NCBI RefSeq assembly: GCF_009914755.1
Contig: NC_060933.1
Direction: 5' to 3' (one strand)
DNA length: 64,000 nt
DNA from: the human T2T-CHM13v2.0 reference genome, Homo sapiens
Below, in pieces: positions 39,439 to 64,000 of the stretch (position 1 is its first letter; every line of letters begins with the position of its first letter). The notes beneath the pieces were generated by a model. It saw nothing but the letters and a program-made list of their open reading frames with translations. It searched no databases and was not told the origin of the DNA. Position numbers and translations under genes: made by a program.

Positions 39439-42400
39439 CTGGTACAGAAGCAACTCACTGACTTGAGTTTGTAGTAGCTTCAGAACAAACTTTCATCATC
39501 AGATCCTTTCTGCTCATTTGCAGGATTCCTACCGTCTGTCTCCACATGATGACGCTGAAGAGCCTTCACGTCTATGACGGCCTAGGGCCTCAAGTGCAGA
39601 GACTGACAGCTCTGCCAGACACAGCATGGAGCCGCCATTCCTCTACTGTTCAGTGATTGGGTGGAAGAGCATCTGTCCTCTGAACAGGGGATCCAAGCCC
39701 TGAGATGATGTTTCTCAGCAGTCAGTGTGGCCCAGGACTTTCTGTGGGCATGCTCAGAGAGCAGGGGCCAGAGGACTTTTAGCCACCACCTTCTATGGCC
39801 AGTCTTCACAAATTACCTTTGGCTAATTTGATTGTCTCTCCTCCTGGGGTCTAGGACTTCAAACACATACAGAAGCGATTGCAGAATTGAAACAAGACAC
39901 TTCCACAATATACTTTTTGTATCAGTGGCTCAGAAAAAGACTCATTCAAATCCTGTATCAAAGCCATGTGTGAGCATCTTGAGAAAGCATTGACTGACTA
40001 ACTTGACAAGGGAGGAAGCAAACAAGAATTCTGCCCTTCTTCAGTGCCTGAGTGTGATATTTTGCCTCAACATCCCTCTTAGATGAAGTTACTGATTGAA
40101 AATCATTTAAGTTTTTGCCCCGTGATAAAAGATCGCGTCCTCAGAAAGATCTCCAAAGCATTTACTGTTTGTTTGGTTTGGTTTTGGTAAGTTTACCATG
40201 ATTTTGCTTGAATTGCTCTCCGTTGATCTTCTCAGCTAAGATCGAGGTAGAGTTGCACAGCAGAAGAGGGCTGCATGTAAGGAGGCAGCTCTGTCTCGGA
40301 GGACAAAAGGCCTGGGAGCATCCAGACAGGCAGTCACTGTGTGGAGGACACTCCCCTCCCAGTGGCCACTGTGGAGGCATTTCATAGAAATGCTCGCTGG
40401 ACCATTCAGTTTTAGAGTTGGGACAAAACCGAGAACTCATGAGGATATTGGATAGGAGTTAGGAAATGACTTTTTCCCACAACCCAGGCAAGGAGGGGAG
40501 AACCCTGGGCTTGAGACTTGCAATCCACTGCCTGCCCCTGCAGTGTGGCCTGTTACGTTTTCTGCAACTCTGCCTTCTTGAGTCCAAATGTCTTCGAAAG
40601 GGGCAAATGCTTCTTAAGTGCCAACAGGGTGTGTTTCAGTGAATGTTCACAGTGTGCACTGGTCCGGCTGAAGGCCTCTTCCCTTCCCCAACACCCACCC
40701 ATCAGTGCAAAAGACTGCTGCCCAGCAGGGAGTGACATCTGTGTCTCAGATTTTCTTGCTGTGCTCTGAGTACTCACTCCTCATCTCCTTTGGCCAGTTT
40801 CCTAACACTCCCCTTGTTCACAACACAGAACATGAGTGCTCTTTCCTGTCATTCTGACGCTGATAAACAGCAATTCTGTGTGAAAATGAGAATGAAGATT
40901 TTTTTAAAGACAGGCTACAATAATTCCCATGCTGAGAACCACATGTGATGACACTTGTGATGAAGATGAGGACAGCAATGAGCTGAGAGACTCCAGCCAG
41001 GATTCACACATGCGAGGGGATGCATGAGAATGGGGATGGGACATTGGTGGTTAGCATCCTTGCTTGTCTCAGAATGGACGTGGGTTGTGGATTTCTAACT
41101 CCTGGAGAAACCAGAGTTCTAGGAATTGTAAGCCACTTTATGTTAGGAAAGAAAAAGACGGTGTTCTGCTCTCCTGTCCCTTAAAACTGTGCGTACTGCC
41201 ACTAAACCTGGAAGCTGAGAACAGTATAATGGCTACTCCTGACTTCCTTTCATCAAATCAGCCTGCTATTGTTTTCTGCAATGGTTGTGGTGCAGAATCT
41301 TTTTGTGGTGCAGCCAAGATTCACACTTGAGTCTCCTTACTGCAAGTTTGCACTCTCACAGTGGAGAGTTAACAATAATTGCCTAATATGTTACACTTTT
41401 TTGGGAAGAGTTACCAGATAAAGTGCAAGATCCCAGTGAAATGTGAATAGCACAGATAAAGGACAGATTTTTTTTGTAAAAGTGTACTGTAAATGTCATA
41501 TGGATCATAATTATAGTAAAAACTAATTCACTGTTTATCTTCAATTCAAATTCCACTTGGTATTCTTTATTCATACTTGCTAAATCTGGCCACTATGTTC
41601 TTTCATGTATTTTTAATTTTAAAAAACAGTCCAACATCTCATTCTAGCAATTTACCTACAGAAATAAAGAGAGGAACCACATTACTGGGACAAATACAGT
41701 CACTGCAAATATCAGAAGAATACTAGAACATATTAATATATTAATTTTTACCCCCAAAAAACTGAAAATATTTTTAGACAGCAAAAATAGCTTCATTATG
41801 CTTTTGATTGCATAATATATCTCTGGAAAGATGAAAAAGAATCAGGTAACACCTATTTCCTCCAGGAAAGAAAATGTGGTGGCCAGAGAAAAGAGGTGGG
41901 AGGAAGGCTGGTCATTGCCTATTCCACTGTGCACAATTTGAATTTGGAACCATGCAAAAGTATTGCTTAGTTAAGTTAAAATCATGTAAAAGATACAAAA
42001 TAAACATTTAACACCAGCACAATATGCTGGGAAACAAAATGAAAGGATTTCTGGTCTCGGTGCTGTAGGTCACATAGCCACTCTTTCCTGGACTGAGTCT
42101 TCCTAAGAAAGGGGACGGGAAGTAAGGCTGGCCTACTGGTGTGGACAGATTCCAGCAACATACATGACCTGGGGGCACAAGGACTGCTTCCTAAACAATG
42201 ATGAGCACACAGCCACCTAATAGCCTGGATCAGCTGAGGCCATTCTGATTTCAAACACTCAGTCCCCTTGCCTTCCTAAGAACCCCTGTGTTTCTCAGAC
42301 TGAAAACGTGTTCTGAATTTTGTTAAGTAAGTGTGGCCCCTGTTGAAATTCATCAAGAGTGGGAAAGAGCCAAAGTGGGAAGGAGCATGGGTTGATTGGC

Positions 42401-42813
42401 ACAAAAGTAGGTCTGTTGATAAAGAATGGAAGTAAAGGGGACATCAGGTAGAAGCTTTTGCTGTGAGTCAGAAGGACAATTTAAAAGTTGCCTAAAGAGG
42501 CGCACACTGTCTGTGTTGCTGCCATCCAGTTGGATGGCAACCAACTGAACCAAGGGAACCTCAGGTTCTTGCCTACTGGCCAGAGCCCTTCACAGAATGT
42601 CCCCCACCCCCGCCAAGCCCGGCTGCCCACTGCCCCTCCCCCTCTGCAGAATGTCTGGGGTCCTGTGTTCCAAACCTGTTTATATGCAAATTATCCCTGC
42701 TCCACTTGGACTCAGGAGGATCTGCTGAGTCAGGTCACTCTCTGGGTCCTGCCCTTGACTTTTTTCATTGCGGAAGCTGCCAGACAGTGGTGGTCAGTGC
42801 CCAGCCTGAGGGG

Positions 42814-52914
<10,101 letters not shown>

Positions 52915-53157
52915 GGGCCGCCATGGGGCAGACTCTCTGATGCCAGTCCCCAAAAGTGGGGCTCTGAAGTCTCGGACCCTCATGGCACCCGGTGCCCCAA
53001 AGCAAAGGCTGCTTCTCCTCCAGTGCTGATCTTGCTGGGCCTTAGCTTTGGAGGGTAGGGGAAGGAGGGGAGGGAGAAGGTGGCTGAACGGGGAGGGCAG
53101 GAAGGGAGGGCCTGGGGGGTGGGAAGCAGTGCCTTGGGGGCCTTGTGTGTAAATGTG

Positions 53158-53163
53158 AATAAA
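53158..53163 (+). terminator. polyadenylation signal of NUTM2G
   Basis: AATAAA ~245 nt after the stop, followed by GT-rich sequence. Confidence 0.7.
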
Positions 53164-55117
53164 TGTAGTTGTTTTGGAAAATGCTCTCAGGGCTGCTGCC
53201 TCTGCCCTTGGCGTTGTGCTGCTTTGTGGAGGGTGTCTGTGAGGCCTCAGGGCTGAGGAACTGGGAGAGGCCAGGCACTGGGAACCCACAGGGGCTGGCC
53301 CCACTCTTTTCTCCTGTTATAGGGGGCCCCTTCAGATGCTCTGGGGACTGACAGATGCTGAGGAAGCCCTGATCCCTCCCACCATCCACTCACAAGGCCC
53401 CGCCTGCTTTAGGGAGGCTTCTCGGGGCCTCCCATCATTATCAGTATCCCTGGAAAATCCTGGGATGGAGAGAGCTGGCTGGCTTTTTTTCTGCTCGGTG
53501 GGAGCTGAGGAGAAGGCAGCTGCCTGCAACATGGACATGGGGAGAGGCGGCTGCTCCTGCTTAACCCTCATCAGGAAGAGCACGGGCACTGGGCTGAGGG
53601 GAGACGTTGAGGTGACCGTCCACATGGGTGTGTTTGGGATATGATGAGGGGCGCAGAGCAGGGGCCTGTTTCTGGGCAGGAGAGAGTCTTGTCCAACTGG
53701 CTGAAGCAGATGCTCCTTGCTGTGGCCACATGGAATGGCCTCAGGGGCCCTCAGGGTCTTGCATGGAGCTCCCCCAACAGCTATGATTCCCTTCCCATAT
53801 GATGACTGAACTCGTGTGGAATTGATGTAGACACAGATTTACATTGGCATCTAAAACAGTTCCCTCCCAACACACCATCACCAACGGGAACAAGCATGAC
53901 CAGCCTGCCAGGCGCAAGGTGGGTGTGTCTGCTGGTCCCAGGGCCAGGAGAAGCTGGGGCCCAGGCCGAGAGGGGCCGAGGGTCAGTCGCCCTTCTGCCA
54001 GGCACAGACCCCAAGGGCAGAGCAGGGGCTGCCTGGGATGTGGCACTGGCTGTCTGGAAGTGCCCTGAGAGTCGGGGGCCAGGTGTTCACTGAAGGGAGA
54101 CTTCTGGAGTCTATGAGTGAGATGAGGACTGCATCAGGAGAGGGACTGAGGCTGGGGAGGATACTCTGCTTTTTCCCAGGTTGTCCTGTCCTCCCCATCT
54201 CTGCTGAACTCCCCTCACCCCATGTGGCCGACCTCTGCCCCCCTTACCCCTAACCCACCTCTCAGAATCTCAGATCCCAGCATGGACAGGACCCAGCACC
54301 TGCCCTGGTTCCCTCCTGGCCAACACCTTCTTCTCCACAGTCTGAGTTCTGATTCCTCTCCAGGGCCCTTGTTGGCTCAGGACCGCTGTGACTGCCAGAG
54401 CACTGGTCCCAGCACTGCCTGCATGCAGAGCTGTGGTCATGGTGCTGGGAGTTGGCCCAGCAGCAGAAGCTGATGGGGCAAAGCTCTCTGGTATATGGCG
54501 GCCTGGTCCCTCTGCCAAGTGACAAAGGGAGCCATGTTTGGGTTCTCTCTGGCCCCATCTGCCCACAGAACACAGCAGTCAGCCAGACAGATGCCTCTCT
54601 GCCCCATCCCTTCTGCTGCATGTGGGCAGTGTCGGAGGCCTGCCACCCGCTTTCGCCTTTGGGAAGGAGAGTTTATCTTGGTAGGGCTTCCCCAGCTGAG
54701 GGCACAACAGGCCCTTGGGGAAAATGTGGGGAGTGAAGAGTCACTGGTGGGTGATGTGGGCAGCTCCCGTGACTCCTCTACATTCAGGGCCATCCTCAGG
54801 AGACAAGGTAACACCTCCCCTTTGCAGGGTTTAGGAATGTTAAGTGAGCCGTGTTTGAAGGGAATGTGGTCCGTACTCTGGCGTGTGTGGGTGCTCAGCC
54901 AACTTCCTCACCTAAGTGTGAAAGTGATACCTTGGTTTAGTGACACCTCGGGGCTTCTGCTGGTTTACCCCACTAGCTGTTTCCTGCCCCACTGTCCCTG
55001 TCCTTGTTTTGGCTGAGCCATTTCCAAGAGGCAGAACCTATGCTTCCTTCACCTCTGTGTCCCGCCTGAGCCCTACAATCTGCCCCTAAATGGGCACAGT
55101 GGGGCTGACTGGGGGAC

Positions 55118-55506
55118 TCTGATGGACTTAACATGTGTCCCCCCCGCCCAGTTCCTGTGGTGAAGCCCTAACTCCTAACGTGATGGTATTTGGAGATGGG
55201 GCCTTTGGGAGTTATTCAGGGTTAGAAGAGAACATGAGGGTGGGGCCCTAATGATGGGATTAGGGCCATGGTAAGAAGCAGAGATCCCAGCACTCTCTCT
55301 CTCTCCCTGACATGAGGACACAGTGAGAAGGCAGCCGTCTGCAAGCCAGGAAGAGAGCCCTCACCAGAACCTCACCTTGCTGTGACCCTAACGTCAGACT
55401 TCCAGCCTCCAGACTGACAAATACATTTTGTTTCTTAATACGCACCGCCTCCCCCACCCACCAAGTCTAGGACACTTTGTCCTAGCAGCCCTATGTGACT
55501 AGGACA
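55118..55506 (+). mobile_element. MLT1A-like MaLR LTR
   Basis: gtgatggtatttggagatggggcctttgggag...gcaagccaggaagagagccctcaccagaacc...gactaggaca. Confidence 0.75.
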
Positions 55507-57049
55507 AGGTCCATCATCTCAGGAACTTCCTTCCTGACTGGTATCTGGAAACTGTATCAGAGCCATGGGAAAGAATGAAGAAAGGCTCGGCTCTTTACGA
55601 CTGTCAGCACACCTCCACCCCAAGTGCAGTGTATCACACGTGAACCAGTACTGCTGTGGGACACAGTGCAAGGGAATCTGTAAACACCCATGACATCGTC
55701 ATATCCACACTTGGGGAAGCCAAGCAGCTTGCTCACAGCAGGTGCTGGGGGTATGCTGAGGCTCTCGGTGGGTTTGGCCTCCCTGCTCACGCAGCCAGGT
55801 CACTCTCTGGGAGCCAGTGCAGTTGGGGCGGCCCCGGGCAGGTTTGCCTCCAGAAACCACTCCCTTCACCACTGGACGACAGATCCCTGAAGAAGCCATG
55901 GCCTCCTGAGAAACTCCATCTGACAATGTGAGCAAGGCCGGCCCCCGTTAGTAAACATGCAGTGCTTTCTGACAGCTACCAGGATGGACTTGCTCCAGGT
56001 GGCTGCCCTTTTGTAGCTGCACTTTGATTCTAACTTCAGCATCCCATGATGTCCTTCAGGTCTTGGTGCCCTGGGCAATGTTAGTGAGAGTCACCTGGTT
56101 TGGGGGATCTGGGCCAGGCTGCCCCCTCCTGGCCAATCGGCTGATACCCGGCCAGGGCTGCCAGAGTCATTGTCACTGAGTCCCTGACCATTACTGGGTG
56201 CAGACTCTCAACAGTGGCCCCCACCCTGGCACATCCCCTGTGAGGGAGCTGATACGCTGGGTTTTACTGAATTCTGAGTTATGATGTCATTGAGCATGCT
56301 TTGTCTGCACACTTGTGCCCTTTGAGCTCATTTTAGGCAAATGTATCCGGACTAAGGTTGTATTTACCGATGGTTCATTTTCCGTCCTCATCTCAGTCCT
56401 CGGAAGGATGAATTCCACCTCTCAGGCCATGGTCCTTCCTCAGAGTTTCCTTTGTCTTAGTTCATTCCAAAGATCATGTTGTAGGGACGTTTATCACGTA
56501 TACGGTATTTGCATAAACTGTATGAGCGATTAAAAGATATTCTCTGACATTAAACACAAACAACACAGAAATCTCACGGGTGACGATAGGATCACAAGAT
56601 TCCTAATAAATGTAAGTGGATGGTTACTCAAGGTAAATCCCTTCATCCCCTTGCCCTTCATTAGAATAGACAGAAACTGACTGTATACAGGCTTTATTTA
56701 CTCCTTTATAATGTGCCAAAATAAAACCCCAAGGCACAAATCACACAAACCAAGTCATGCCACTGGGACCATCGTGTGTCATCTGAGCTAGCTGGGCCAT
56801 GCCAACTCCTACTCCATCTTCTGCTTTTCCCTGCATTCCTCACGAATGGGAGCTTCTGTGTGAGCATTCATAAGACATCCTGCATTCACGTCCACTGATG
56901 TGTTTTCTTTTTTAAAAAACTATGCACATTTTATTAGGAATGTTTCAACCACATAGAAAACATATAATAGAAACCAATATAGACACCACATAGACGTGGG
57001 CCATGTTAACATTCTACCGTTTGCTCATTTTTTAAATAAAACCTTTATG

Positions 57050-58570
<1,521 letters not shown>

Positions 58571-59399
58571 ACTGGGCACAGAGTCTCAAGAGTGGCCACC
58601 ACCCTAGCACATCCCCTGTGAGGGACCTGATGAGCTGTTTTACTGAATTCTGAGTTATGATGTCATCAAGGATACTTTGTGCACACAACTGTGCCCTTTG
58701 AACTTATGTTAGGCAAATGTATTGAGACTAAGGCTGTCCTAATGCTGGTTCATTTCTCATCTTCATCCCAGTCCTCTGAAGGACCAATTCCATCTCTCCT
58801 GCCATAGTCCTTCCTTCTAATGTTCTTTGAAATGTATTACTTCATTCCAAAGATCACGACTAGGGACTTGTATTGGATGTATCTGTAGAAGTGTATTTGG
58901 GATTAAAAGACATTCTGTGACAGCAAATACAACAGACAAATGCCCAAGATGAATACAGGATCAGTAAGTTCCTAAAACCAGTCCTAAAGGGATTGCTCAT
59001 GGTAAATTTATCGTCTCTTCCAATCTGTTCATGTGAACATGTTCAAATACAGATTCACTCATTAATGCACAGAAGGAGTCTTGAACGAGTTATGTTACAA
59101 GCCAGCTTATACCATGGGATCCTGCATGGGTCATTAGAACCAGCTAGGTGATACCAGGGCATTCTCCATCCTTCTATCCCACTGCCCTTTAATGAACACT
59201 AACTCTGGCTTTGTTGGATCCCTGTGTGCTGGCCTAGAAAGTAATGAGCACTGAGGACTCAGAAAATTCCCACTATTTCTGTCTCTGTGAGCTTCTCCAG
59301 CGGCCTGAGGGCCATATTTTCAGGGTATTTTTTACTTGCCACTCTACAAGTGCAAAAGACTGACAACCACTACATAAAGTTAATATTTGAAAAGTTTGC

Positions 59400-61018
<1,619 letters not shown>

Positions 61019-61075
61019 CTACCCTGTCAAAAAAAAAAAAAAAGGTTATTTACATATCTTAAAATTATCTTCTAA

Positions 61076-61309
<234 letters not shown>

Positions 61310-61402
61310 TAGCCAGGATGGTCTCGATCTCCTGACCTTGTGATCCGCCGTCTTGGCCTCCCAAAGTGCTGGGATTACAGGTGTGAGCCACCGCGACCAG
61401 CC

Positions 61403-63050
<1,648 letters not shown>

Positions 63051-63321
63051 CTAGTATCTAGCATGTTTCTTCTAGCAATGTGAAAAAATAAAATTTCTTC
63101 ACCTAAGTAACTTATCTCAGACTTAATTCTAGAATGTCTTCACTACCCCATTTATAAAATGGATATAATGACAACTGTCCAAACTGGTTTTCAGTATTAC
63201 CAGAGAGATCAAATGAAAACACAAGCACAACTGCTTTGTAATAGTTAAGAAGTGCTCTGCAAATATAATTTACATGTGACTCAAAACAAGCAGTCAGGAG
63301 GTGAAGGGCCAAGTCACTCAC

Positions 63322-63449
63322 CATGGGCTGATCCTCATCAGTGGGATTGGGAAGCAGGTAAAGAATACAGTGCCGAGGAGAAAGGGCTTCCTCCCCCACA
63401 CATCAGACAGGGCACCAATGAGTGGGGCACTCAAAAAAGAGAGCAGGCC
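63322..63449 (-). pseudogene. MFSD14C: MFSD14B-type exon (GLLSFLSAPLIGALSDVWGRKPFLLGTVFFTCFPIPLMRISP), probably the partial duplicate MFSD14C/HIATL2
   Basis: 128-nt open exon on the minus strand, ttctccag| acceptor and |gtgagt donor. Encodes MFS motif A (GxLSDxxGRK). No further MFSD14 exons were seen downstream in the window. Confidence 0.85.
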
Positions 63450-63581
63450 CTGGAGAAGAAACCAAAGCAAAGGTTAGTTTTATAATCTGATCCCTCAATT
63501 ACCTGTAATTCATATTTTCTAAATGCATTAGCTCTAATTCATTGTACTGCCCCCAAAACAGAATAATACTTTGAAACATTA

Positions 63582-63794
<213 letters not shown>

Positions 63795-64000
63795 TCAGGT
63801 GGCTGAGGCAGGAGAATCACTTGAACCCGAGAGGCAGAGGCTGCAGTGAACCAAGATCACGCCTTTGTACTCTAGGCTGGGCAACAAGAGCAAAACTGTT
63901 GTCTAATTAAAATAAAATCTAAAATAAAATTATAACCAAAAATGTAAATGTTCTATCAGAAAGGGAAGGAAGAAGTAAAAAAGCTTGTTTTCCAGAAGAA

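Noticed and set aside
53042-56100. Many 60-170 aa ORFs downstream of NUTM2G
   Set aside because: Expected by chance in GC-rich sequence; no recognisable domain or consistent exon chain.

Overview
Human (primate) genomic DNA, very rich in Alu, L1 and LTR repeats. It holds one intact protein-coding gene: a 7-exon NUT-family gene on the + strand (CDS 42814-52914, 741 aa). Its length and neighbours identify it as NUTM2G (9q22 segmental duplication; identity recalled, not searched). Also present are a PTMA retrocopy with an intact 109-aa ORF, a decayed PNRC2 retrocopy, one MFSD14B-type exon on the - strand (probably MFSD14C/HIATL2) pointing toward the NUTM2G 3' end, a CpG-island promoter ~3.5 kb upstream of the NUTM2G ATG, an ERVL gag-pol relic, and MER41, MER21, MER31 and MLT1 LTRs. 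The best candidate for an undescribed system is an inverted copy of NUTM2G exon 4 inside intron 2. A 52-nt part of it is almost perfectly complementary to the exon-4 splice donor and could act as a built-in splice switch. Other structures read from the sequence: an Alu-Alu micro-inversion with swapped TSDs inside the PTMA 3'UTR, a NUTM2A/B-type N-terminal extension broken into uORFs, inverted Alus with shared private lesions around the CpG island, a templated direct+inverted L1 copy, and a diverged tandem duplication with a perfectly conserved 30-bp core. Repeat subfamily calls and repeat boundaries are by eye and approximate.
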